Assembly: GCA_951406725.2 (NCBI GenBank)
Contig: OX597821.1
Span: 67,270,001-67,334,000 of the forward strand
DNA length: 64,000 nt
Reading direction: 5' to 3'
DNA from: Octopus vulgaris
Lineage: Eukaryota
Shown here piece by piece: positions 11,349 through 24,281 of this stretch (its first letter is position 1; the number at the start of each line of letters is the position of its first letter). The position numbers and the translations under genes are program-made. The notes under the pieces were generated by a model. It was not told the origin of the DNA, did no database searches, and was given only the letters and a program-made list of their open reading frames with translations.

Positions 11349-11612
11349 CAATAATCCCTCGACTGTCGTGGGTGTTACGTTCCAAAACCCCATGCGATTG
11401 GCGAAAATCCTTGAAATACAAACATTACTGTATTGTATATCTTTCTTACTATTTTTATGATTTGTAGATATCTATTTTATTATAAATGCAAAACAACACC
11501 ACGGAGGAATCGACGTAAGCTTAAATAATAAACCGCGTTAGGTAAACCGCGTTAAGTGAACCGCGATAAGTGAACTGCGATAGGTGAACCACAATATGGC
11601 GAGGGATTACTG
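11349..11612. mobile_element. pogo/Tigger-type MITE
   Basis: TIRs CA(G/A)TAATCCCTCG / CGAGGGATTACTG, TA on both sides, subterminal 15-bp repeats AACCGCG(A/T)TA(A/G)GTG. Confidence 0.8.
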
Positions 11613-11723
11613 TATCAACTTTTTAGTTTCAGCGTTGATGATGGATAAAAAGCAAAACGAAAACGTGTGACTATTGTTATCAAACATTTAGCAAATTTCA
11701 ATAGAAGTATTTGAAAATATATA

Positions 11724-11902
11724 TTCTTTTCTACTCTAGGCACAAGGTTCGACATTTTGGGGCAGGGGGCCAGTCGATTAGATCAACCCCAGTATGCGAC
11801 AAAGTCCACCTCGGCGGAATTTGAACTCGGAACATAAAGACAGACGAAATACCACTAAGCATTTCGCCAGGCGTGCTAACGACTCTGCCAGCTCACCACC
11901 TT
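11724..11902 (-). mobile_element. Meta-like SINE, internally deleted monomer
   Basis: Head and tail are present but the core is missing. Probable TSD AGTAT(T/C)TGAAA(A/T)TAT. Confidence 0.8.
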
Positions 11903-12104
11903 AGTATCTGAAATTATCAAGCTTGATTCTATTTCATTAGAAATGAATTGAATATAAATATACGACTTGACATAGTTACAAGAATGTCTGCTTTCTTTCA
12001 ACACACAAATCAAGACAAAACATACGAGCACAAACATGCATACCTAGGTATATATATCCCACAAACATACATACACAATTGCATATATACATACATATAT
12101 ACAT

Positions 12105-12163
<59 letters not shown>

Positions 12164-12242
12164 CGCGCATATGATACATGCATATGCATATATATATATA
12201 CATATATATATATGCGCGCGCGCATATGATACAGGCATATGC

Positions 12243-12275
<33 letters not shown>

Positions 12276-13421
12276 CCCGTGCTCATACAAAAGCGCGCAT
12301 ACGTTGTAAAGCTTTCGGAATTGCATAATATTTCTACCTAAAAATGTTAAAATCCTTATTAAAATATGTATTTTAAAAGATCGCAGCTCCATAGAAATTA
12401 TTTTCAAACCTCCATTGTCAAGAATTTTTAATGGAAAGAAGCAGAATTATAAAAGAAATATTTAAAATATAATCTCAATTGAAGTAGTAATTAAAATTTT
12501 CAAAATTATGTTAAAAAATAATAAAATAAACTGCGCATATAATTTCAAATCATTTTTGGAAATTTCCATAAAGGAAATTATATTTGAGAACATCAGGAAA
12601 TATTCCGAAAATAAACTAAGAAAACAAAAAAAAAAGTAGAAATACGAAGAAATGGGGTCTTTGATTCTAAATATAATTTCATACTGTTTATATTCTACCG
12701 TTGTGGTGAAGTCAAAACAGAAATATACTACAACTGTTTGTAAGAAAATATCATGTGACTTTTGTCATAGAAACTGACGTATTCATGGTGGTGTGTTTAA
12801 AGACAGCTATTCGACTCTTGGGACACATAACATTGTTCATTATTTTGAAAATTATCAAATCAATTTTTATTATTTCCAATCTTGTCTGCCATTATTTTTC
12901 TCTTTCCCCCCTCTCTCTCTATCTATCTATCTATCTTTGTTTCTTTATCGCTTTGTATCTCTTCGTTTATCCATCGCTTCCTCACACATATAAATACATG
13001 CCCTCGTTCCTTCTGTGTCGTTTTATACTACATAATGCTATCCCTCTCAAACAACCAATATATTTATTACTACATCTATATGAGTTCAGTTCCTATTCTT
13101 TTCTTGACCTTCCCCATCTGTATTAGTCGCTCTCGGTATTTCCATACCAACCATATCGATTTGTTTCTAAAATTTCGTTTCCTATCTTTCCATTTTCTAT
13201 TTAACTAATATATCCATCAGTTTGTCACGTAAAAGGATCAAACGGCCTTCCCAGCAATGGGTTCATGAAGCCAGTTTCACGGATAATATCGGGGTATGTA
13301 TAGTAGTGTGAAGCGTATTTTTTACAATTTTCAATTTCGTAATGGGGGTAGTGCGGAAAATTTGTGAATGGACATCAAAATAACTGGTATAAAATCTTAG
13401 ACCTCTGCGACAATATCTTCT

Positions 13422-13899
13422 TATTTCTTCATTGCAAACAACGGGCTAAACATAGAGGGAATAAACAAGGACAGACAAATGGATTGAGTCGATTACGTCG
13501 ACCTCAGCGTGTAACAGGTACATAAAATTTATCGATCCCGAAAGGATGAATGGCAAAGTCGACCTCGGCGGAATTTGAACTCAGAATGTAACGGCAGACA
13601 AAATACCTATTTCTTTACTACCCAAAAGGGGCTAAACTCAGAACGTAGCGGCAGACGAAATACCTATTTCTTTATTACCCACAAAGGGCTAAACATAGAG
13701 GGGACAAACAAGGACAGACATAGGTATTAAGTCGATTACATCGACCCCAGTGCGTAACTGGTAGTACTTAATTTATCGACCCCGAAAGGATGAAAGGCAA
13801 AGTCGACCTCGGCGGAATTTGAACTCAGAACGTAGCGGCAGACGAAATACCGCTAAGCATTTCGCCCGGCGTGTTAACGTTTCTGCCAGCTTGCCACCT
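13422..13899 (-). mobile_element. Meta-like SINE concatemer (head plus three units, one internally deleted)
   Basis: Units 13422-13607, 13608-13664 (57 bp) and 13665-13851; head 13852-13899. TSD TGC(G/A)ACAATATCTTCT at 13406-13421 and 13900-13915. Confidence 0.9.
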
Positions 13900-14171
13900 T
13901 GCAACAATATCTTCTCTCTCAACAAATACATAAAAAAAACGGAAAATTTGGGATAAAATGCATCGATTTATTTATTAGCTTATAAAGTACATTTTTTGAT
14001 TGCATCTTCTTTGGATAACATTCCGATGACTGTAGTGAAATTAATCTAAAATACGACTTGAACAATGATTTTTTTTCTGTAACTACATCTTCTGCTTCCA
14101 CAAGGAGAGAAGTGGGTGTACAGTAATTTACATCTACATGAAAAATTTTCTAAAGTCGATACATTAAAATA

Positions 14172-14516
14172 TCTTATATATAAAAGGCAGGATGTGTGTG
14201 TGTATGTGAATGTAATTGATGCACATCCACAAATTAGCACGCATGTCGCTCCAATTTTAGGAGAACATTCGCCATGACCCTAGCTGTATTTTTGTCAACG
14301 TGTTTTTCCCAGAGGCACCACCGAATAGCAGTAAAAATAAATGTTTAACCAAAACTTTTAACAATTTTCAAATCGGAAAAATCACCATTGTTTGCAAACA
14401 GGAGTAAAGTCCCATTCTAGCGACGAGTAAGTTTTTGTTAAGACTTATGTTGTTGTTGTTTTCCATCGCGGAGAAAAGTGTTTTGCTGATATACGGGCAA
14501 AACACGCGCACGCACG

Positions 14517-14585
<69 letters not shown>

Positions 14586-14811
14586 GAACATGTATGCGTA
14601 TAAAAGCATGCATGCAATATGTGTACTCTGTACGTATGTGTATGTGTGTGCATGTTTCCCATATATATATATATATGTGTGTGTGTGTACCAATCTCAAC
14701 GGATTTCGCCCAATTTTGACGTCGATGTTACTTAGTTTGGTTTGAAATAAAGAACTTGATTAGCTAAATAATCTTAACTTAATCCCGGGCAAAGTCGGGT
14801 TATACTACTAG
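14172..14811 (+). mobile_element. Non-autonomous Helitron
   Basis: A|TC-TTATATATAAAA 5' end; 3' hairpin CCCGGGCAAAGTCGGG followed by CTAG|T; inserted in an AT dinucleotide with no TSD. Confidence 0.7.
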
Positions 14812-15338
14812 TTTACAATATCTTTAGATAATTTGAGGCGTTTATGGATGCAAAATATGAAATCACAGAAAAAAATGCTTCAGTCATATATTAGAATAAT
14901 TTCATCACACTCATTCAAAAGTTACCCGAAAAAGATGGAACGAAAACTGTATTTTATAGCAAATAATTAAGTAGATGCGGGGCTTTTTTCTTTGCTTTTT
15001 TTTTTCATTTTTATTGCTTTCCACTTTTTCCATTTTACGATGCATTTGTAGAGACAAAAGATTTTACAACACTTATTTCGATGTCCATTCGAAACATTTC
15101 AGCACTACACTCATTACGAAATCGAAAATCATGGAAAAACGCCCCACCTTAATATATAGGCCTAGTGGACGGGTCGCCGACACGCTACTGGATTACTCGT
15201 TTTTCCCAGGTGAATGAACAAAATAAAATGAAGTGTTTCGCTCTACGATACAACTCTTCGCCTGTTCCATCAAAGGAAACGACCAGTATTACGATCATGA
15301 GTGCAACATTCAGCCACGTTCCCCTAGCTTTGTGTGTG

Positions 15339-15375
<37 letters not shown>

Positions 15376-15560
15376 TTTTCGAAAAAACACAAAAGGCGAA
15401 GACAGGTGTTGTACAAAAGAAACAGATGTATTAGTATAACGGTCAGGAATAGAAAAAGTCTTTCACGTTTCGAGCCTACGTTCTTCTGCAGAAAGAGACA
15501 CAGAAAAAACAAGGAGAGAAAAAAATATGTGTAGTGGCTAACGATCTATCATGGCGACTG

Positions 15561-15643
<83 letters not shown>

Positions 15644-15650
15644 AGAAAAC

Positions 15651-15694
15651 ACTAAGTACTCCATTTCTCGTCTGGCTGCAATCATCAGCTGAGT
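15651..15694 (-). ncRNA. Candidate minimal type I hammerhead ribozyme
   Basis: Minus strand reads ACUCAG-CUGAUGA-UUG(CAGCCAGA)CGA-GAAA-UGGAG-UA-CUUAGU: intact core, stem I 5/6 pairs, 3-bp stem II, minimal stem III. Confidence 0.45.
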
Positions 15695-16193
15695 TCCGTG
15701 CTACGACAATATTTCGGCCCGTTACGTTCAGTATCTCTCCACACGGTGGGCCTGCAACAGCTGGACGTATTGCATTTCAACTGGACTAATAACAGTTCTG
15801 TGTCCTTATACGCATCCACAAACCTCCTACAGAGAGGGAGAGAGAGACAGAGAGACAGAGGGAGAGAGAGAGAGAGACAGAGGGAGACAGAGAGAGACTT
15901 GTATGTGTAAATGTAAGTGTGCAGTCTCCGTGAATATGACGTATAACTTCCTTTTTAGCATTTAAATAAAGACAACTATTATAAAAATCTGCTCTGCGTT
16001 TCTTCATATCATTATATCGTGCGTATGTGTGCACACGTATGAGTGCACACGTATGTGTGTATATGGGAAGGCCACGTGTGTGTTTGTGTCTGTGTTTGTG
16101 TGTGAGTGTGCGTAAGTGACTCTGTGTATGTCTGTGTGCATACACACCCAAACACACACACTTATATACATATATCCACATGTATGTATACTC

Positions 16194-16231
<38 letters not shown>

Positions 16232-16357
16232 TACTATGCATAGAAATACATAAATATATACATACCTTTATACATATAAGTGTATATCTGAACGTGTATA
16301 AATAGTATAAATGTATGTATATAAGCGGGTATATATACATACATACATACATACATA

Positions 16358-16393
<36 letters not shown>

Positions 16394-17082
16394 ATAATCT
16401 TATTAACACTGAATTTCTCACGATAGCTGCGAAGTGTAAGAATTCACGTCGCGACCCACGAGAGACTACGCCAAAATCGACAGTAAACATTTATATTAGA
16501 CAAGTTTTAAGAAATATACAGACATCAAAAGACACACTATTTTCAATGTTTACGTCTTCAATGTGTCTGATACTATTTTTTTTCTGTGTGTTTTGTATGT
16601 ATGTGTTTGTAGGTTTTGTTATTTTGATAGCTTTTTTGTGTTTTTGTTTGCCTAATATTCTACTTCAATTGTGCGCCATTTTGTTTTTATTCATTGTGCT
16701 CATATTAGATTTCATTGTGTGTGTATGTGTGTGTGTGTGTGCGAGCGATCATGTTTGTGAGTGTGTATTTGTATGTGTATGTGTGTGTCATATTACAATG
16801 TTTATGTATAGACAAGAATATAAACGTATATTAATAAATTTATATATTTGTTTACTTTTATATACACACACACAAAAAAAAAAGACACACAAACGAACAC
16901 ACGCAATGGAAAAACACACATATACTCATGCAGACGCATAAGCACGCGCAAACACATTCACACATACGCTTATGCGCACATGTATATACAAACGCAAACA
17001 CATGTATGTGTGTGTAAATGTCCACATAAATACGCCTGTATTTCTGTGTGGGCGTCTGTGGAACTCCGAATGTGAAAGGGAA

Positions 17083-17422
<340 letters not shown>

Positions 17423-18013
17423 TGTTGTATGAATTTATGCAAACTTGCAGACGCGTACATGTATACATCGGTGGGTATAAATTCATGTATAATTGTATGG
17501 ATGTATATATGTAAATAGTTATGTACGAAAACTTTGATATATTACATGTAATCTTCGGAAAAAGATAAACTGAATAACTCGACAGTGTTTCAGTTACTCC
17601 GAGTATTCATGTGGATAGACAAGTCTACGTATCTCCTGCTGTGGTCGCCGAGAATTATTAGTTTGTTTCTATTTTATTTTAATATATATTTTTCTTTTAA
17701 TTGTAACTGTTTATGATAGTATCTTTTTTTTTTTTGTCTTTTAATTTACCTTTCCATGTCTTAAGCTCGCGTGTATCTATGTCATATATGAAATATTGTG
17801 AAAAGTAATTCCCACAAGAAATAATAAGATGTATTCATAGACTTTTATGCACTCAATAAGAGGCTGTTATTTTCCTGGCAGCAGAAGATATATGTGTGTG
17901 TGTGTATGCGTGTGTATGTGTGTGTATGTGTTCGTATTCCACTTCTTAAACTGCCGATGAATTACACAAATACATATACACCTCATTCAAAGAATCATCC
18001 ATACACGCATGCA

Positions 18014-18395
18014 TCTTCTATTATATAAAATCCGTTCTGTCTGTCTGTGTGTGTGTCTTCTAGGATCTCGGGCATCCTCCATCCGATTTCGCTCAAATTT
18101 CATATGTAGATACCGACTGTATCAGGGCGTGTATAAGTCTTGAAAAAATTACAAAAATCAATTCCAGGTGAGAACGCGATCGATAAAGTCGTGGGAACGT
18201 GCATTTGTAAAATCGTTTTCTTTGAAATAGAAAAAAAGTCTATCTTTATGTCTTCTTTTGCTGGTGTCTCAAATTTAAGTTAAATCAATGTTTCTCAAAG
18301 GGGAGGCCTATGGGACGGTCGGACAAGTTGTATAGTGAAAATTTGATTTAAATGTCTGACAACTCAGCACCGTCCATAGGACGGCTTTTGACTTG
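18014..18395 (+). mobile_element. Non-autonomous Helitron-like element
   Basis: A|TC-TTCTATTATATAAAAT 5' end with GTCT repeats; 3' hairpin CCGTCCATAGGACGG followed by CTTG|T. Confidence 0.6.
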
Positions 18396-19241
18396 TTTAT
18401 CCATAAATGCTTACTGACGAATATACATGTATGCACGCATACACACATGATTTCTGAAACACGATTTCGATCAATCCCATCATTTGGTTGTTCATTTAAA
18501 CATGAGCAGCGATATGAAGCCTTTCAGTCTTGCTAGGGAACTTGACTATTTGTTTTACATAGAGGTGGCCTCGATAGGTGCCATTTTTTTTTTCACTTTT
18601 AACGACCACGTGCAATCTCTGAGTCTTCGCATTTTATTCTGCAGGGTGCCACAAGTAAAACCCTTCTCCTTACCATACAAGCTCGGTAAAGTTGCCGTTT
18701 TAATCGCCTGCTGCCTAACCATACGACATACATACATACATACATACATACATACATACATACATACATACATACATACATACATACGTACGTACATATA
18801 TACATACATACATACTTACATACATACATGCTTGCATGCATGCGTACACGCGTTGAGATTTGATGGCAAAATGAAAGGTACGTCGGAAAAATTGTTCTTG
18901 CAATAATTATACTCTACACTTGGGTTTTTATCAATAGAAGAGTACAAATTAATACAATACAAAGTGAAAGGTTTTCTTGTGGTTATGTACCAAACCGTAC
19001 TTAAAATTCACAGTGCAGTGCTCAAAAAACTCAGACGGTTGCCATTTCGGTTTACCGACAAGGCTGTGTGTAACCAAACCGAACGAAATCACCGATGGCC
19101 ATTGATTCCTTCTTGGACTACGAAATGATAACGATACATGTTAATTCTCTGAGTCTTATACTAAATTCTTCTTACAATATAGATTGACATTATCTTGCAA
19201 GCGTCAAAATATCTTTTTAATTGCTTCCTAACAGCCGCCTC

Positions 19242-19273
<32 letters not shown>

Positions 19274-19380
19274 TGTATGTATGTATGTATGCATGTATGT
19301 ATGTATGCATGTATGTAAGTAGGTATGTATGTATGTACGTATGTACGTATGTATATATGTATGTATGTATGTGTGGGTGT

Positions 19381-19745
19381 GAAGGCGCATGGCTCAGTGG
19401 TTAGAGCATCGAGCTTAAGACTGTGAGGTTGTGAGTTAAGTTCCAGAACGGGCTGCGTGTTGTGTTCTTGAGCAAGGCACTGTATTTCACGCTGATCCAG
19501 TTCACTCGGCTGTAAAGTTGAGTTGCGACATCACTGGTGCCAAGCTCTATCGGCCTTTGCCTTTCCCTTGGATAACATCGGTGGTATAGAGAGGCGAAGC
19601 TCCTATGCATGGGCGACTCATGATCTTCCATAAAAACGCCCCTAGAATTGGGAGTTCGCCGGTGAGGAAACATTCTGCCCAGACATTTACCCCGGAGAGG
19701 AACCCCTTAGGTGCAGCCCTGGTCACTCGTGACCGACGGAGTCGA
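19381..19745 (+). mobile_element. tRNA-derived SINE, third family (CORE/V-like middle)
   Basis: A-box TGGCTCAGTGG, degenerate B-box, TGTTGTGTTCTTGAGCAAGGCACT core, 3' motif TCGTGACCGACGGAGT followed by (TA)n. Confidence 0.75.
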
Positions 19746-19747
19746 GT

Positions 19748-19805
<58 letters not shown>

Positions 19806-20963
19806 TGTATATATATATGTACACGTGTCAGCGTGTGTGTGTGTGTATGCATGTGTGTCATGCAGTTATATTTCAAGATTGCTTGCCGATAGAGAAGGAG
19901 ACGGTTTCTAACCAAGATCCAAGGCTACTTCATTGGAATTCCGACAGCAACGTATTTTTGTATGTATGTATGTATGTATGTATGTATGTATGTATGTATG
20001 TATCTATGTATGTATGTATAAAGCTTCACTGGAAAGGGCGCAAGTTTTTGCTGCGTATACTTATCTTGACCAATTCAACACTTGTTGCTGCGCTATTTGT
20101 CCTTTAAAAATTGTATAGATATGGATATATCTTAGTGTGTATCCACACACACACTCACTCACACACTCACACACACAGACACACACACAAACACAAAGAG
20201 AGACATACAAGCCGCAACACATGTATGTATTTGTCTATGTTAGTATATATGTATGTATGTTAATATGTAGGTAGGTAGGTAGGTAGGTAGGTAGGCAGGT
20301 ATGTAGGAAGGTTGGTTGGTTGGTAGGTAGGCAGGTATGTAGGTAGGTTGGTTGGTAGGTATGGAGGCATGTAGGTAGGTCGGTACGTAGGTAAGTGGGT
20401 ATGTGGGTAGGTATGTAGGTATGGATGTATATATGGTATATCATTCGATGCGTATATATTATATATTTATGTCTGTGAAATATATACTATTGGTTCAGTT
20501 GACATTATGAATGTAACGAAATCCACAGCTTGTTTAAGTCCCAAAGGATCACGTTTAGGTCACTTATACTAAGGCAGATAGCAAACAAACAATGGAGATA
20601 GTGTCTTTTTGCAACAAAAGAATACTCTTCACAATAGAAGGAGGAGCCCTTATTGACATGAAGATCAAACACAGCAATCTTTCCGATCATTATTCTGCTG
20701 AACGTAATTTACTACCCTTTAAAATAGTCTTAACATTCGATTTACTACCTAGATTGTCTGTATATGCTTCTGTCTATCGATCTTTCTATCTAGCTATCTA
20801 GCTAGCTATCTCTGTGTATGTATCTGTATATATCTACGACAGAATATTTGCCTGTAGCCCATCTTTTATACCCAGACAAAACAATGTACATTTTTGTACA
20901 TATGTATATATCTATATATATACATATATATATAAATGTACATATATGTATATATATGTATAT

Positions 20964-21018
<55 letters not shown>

Positions 21019-21042
21019 TAGGTATACACAATTAAAATCATA

Positions 21043-21091
<49 letters not shown>

Positions 21092-21224
21092 TATATATAT
21101 ATACATATATATGAATTTAATTGTGTATACCTATCTGTATATATATATAGATAGATAGATATGTATATAAATATATATACATATATGTACATTTATATAT
21201 ATACATATATATGTATATATATAG

Positions 21225-21282
<58 letters not shown>

Positions 21283-21594
21283 GTTTATGCATATGTATAT
21301 GTGCGTATGTGTTTTAACTACACCGTGTAGTACGAACAAAGACCTTTCTTTCCCAGTTTTCGAAAGAATTGAAATTTTCTGGTATACTTTCCGGTTGTCA
21401 CGCTGTTATACAACATGTGTCACTGCTTGACACACACTCACATACATACACAGATGCACACACATACACACCCATACGCGCGCACGCACACACGCACGCA
21501 GAAAGACACTTACCCAATGTGCCATGCAGTGGCATTGAAACAGATGTCGTTCCCAAGGAAGCTGCTCACCACACAGCCACCATGTATGTATATA

Positions 21595-21628
<34 letters not shown>

Positions 21629-21701
21629 AATGTATATATATATAAACATAAATACATACATACAATATATATACTAACATACATGTGTGTGTGTATACAT
21701 A

Positions 21702-21753
<52 letters not shown>

Positions 21754-22067
21754 AATAATTGTTAAAGAGGACAACAACCGCTGAGGCAAGGCGAACATCT
21801 TAAGTCAGTAAAACTGCACTTTACACTCAAAGGTCAAATCTTGTTGGTTTGGGGGGAGGTGCACCGTTGCCTTTCATTTAACCACGATTCGATATAATAA
21901 ATTACCGGTCATATCTTGGGGTCTATGAGAAACAATTCTTTTATACACACGTGCACGTGTACTTATGGACATACGTGTATACATATGCACACGCACACAT
22001 ACAGTCATGCGTTAATATCCATGCATAGCCATAGTTTGTTCGAGACGTGTGAATTCAGCAAAAATAC

Positions 22068-22220
22068 CATCATTATCATCATCGTCATCGTCATCATCAT
22101 CATCGTCGTCGTCATCATCATCATCGTCGTCGTCATCATCATCATCGTCATCGTCATCATCATCGTCGTCGTCGTCATCATCATCATCATCATCATCCTC
22201 AACATCCTCATCATCATCAA

Positions 22221-22251
<31 letters not shown>

Positions 22252-22267
22252 GTTGCCGTCGTCGTCG

Positions 22268-22299
<32 letters not shown>
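22068..22299. repeat. (CAT/CGT)n trinucleotide tract
   Basis: Direct reading; it produces the poly-I/M/S ORFs. Confidence 0.95.
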
Positions 22300-22300
<1 letters not shown>

Positions 22301-23094
22301 GGAGCAGCAGTAGTACCCCCCAGTAGTTGTAGCCAACAGCTATTTATTTGTAAGTAATTTTTCAGCGTTATAACTTCGATAAAACGGCGACCATGTGTTT
22401 GACGGCAACATGAGAATCGGAATTAGGTACGGTTAGAGGTAACAGAGGAAATCAACAGCAGGTGTACACCTATAAAACGGTACTTCAAACAACCGATGCC
22501 TTCCTTGTGTGATTAATGAGAATACTTCGGATGTAATATATCTCTTTGCTCTAAACATTGTCATAATACTTAACGCGGTATGACTTTGTACGAATTTCGT
22601 TTCAGTACGGCAATACAAGCATGGATATTCCGACAGTAGGCCAGGGAGACAGGTAGTTTTAAAAGACACACACGCTTGCACATACAGATTACGTTTAAAA
22701 ATACACAAAGAAAAAATATATGTATACATACATTATTCACACATACAAACACACACACACACACAAACACACGCACATATATATATGTATATATATATAC
22801 ACATAGATATATATGTATACGTATCGTTCTACCCTTGATATTCGATTTCTATCTTTTCAACCTAGTTTTGCATGTATGTACCTACATGCGTATGTATGTA
22901 TGTATGTATGTATGTATGTATGTATGTATCTATCCATCTACCTATCTATCTATCTATCCATCCATCTATCTATCTATCTATCTATCTATCTATTTATCTA
23001 TCTATCGATCGATCGATCTATCTATCTACATGTTTGTATGTGTGTTTATAAAAATGTTATATATGTAGTCATATATATATATATATTCTTATAT

Positions 23095-23288
23095 TCTTTT
23101 ACTTGTTTTAGTCATTTGACTACGGCCATGCTGGAGCACCGCCTTTCGTCGAACAAATCTTCCCCAGGACTTATTTTCCTTAGCCTCGTAATTATTCTAT
23201 CGGTCTCTTTTGCCGAAGCGCTAAGTTAGGGGGTCGTAAACACACCAGTATCTGTCGTAAAGCGATGTTGGGGAGACAAACACACACA

Positions 23289-23338
<50 letters not shown>

Positions 23339-23456
23339 CACACACACACACCATATTTATACGATGGGCTTCTTTCAGTTTCCGTCTACCAAATCTACTC
23401 ACAAGGCTATGGTAGAAGACACTTGCCCAAGGTACCACGCAAGCTACTTACCACAC
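23095..23456 (-). mobile_element. CORE-like SINE with internal (CA)n, head partly deleted
   Basis: Matches 38783-39194 (GGCCATGCTGGAGCACCGCC, GAAGACACTTGCCCAAGG). Confidence 0.85.
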
Positions 23457-23546
23457 ATATACATATGCATATATATTTGCATACTTACATGCATGTACAC
23501 GCACTCATACACGCAAACATATATGTATACTTACATACGTATATAA

Positions 23547-23633
<87 letters not shown>

Positions 23634-23637
23634 TAAT

Positions 23638-23716
<79 letters not shown>

Positions 23717-23979
23717 GTGATATATATACATATGCAATTAGATACATAAATGCAAAAGTAGGTTGAAAAGATAGAGATCAAATACCAAAGGTAGAGCAAT
23801 ATGGTTTTATTAAATATGCAAAATTTTTACAAAACAGTTACTGAGAGTTTCACATACCTGTACGTTGACCAGCTGTGATAAATACGGAATTAAAATCCAG
23901 ATTTTTCAGCGTGAATATATATATATATACATACGTATATATTGTATGTATGTGTGTATAAATGTATGTATGTATATAA

Positions 23980-24017
<38 letters not shown>

Positions 24018-24281
24018 TTATATACATACATACATACATACATACATACATACATACATACATACATACATACATACATACATACATGCATACATACATA
24101 CATACAAACTAGGGGCGTTTAGTTCACAGGTGATCTTCATGATTAGATAGGCTGCAACGGATTAGTAAGGTTCTAACATTGTAGCCGAGACTGTAGTTAC
24201 GGAGCCATTGTACACTTATGGACTTATTTCTACAACATCGGCAAGTTTAACTGTGAGCTTTTATGCTTTTTTTTTTCTTCT

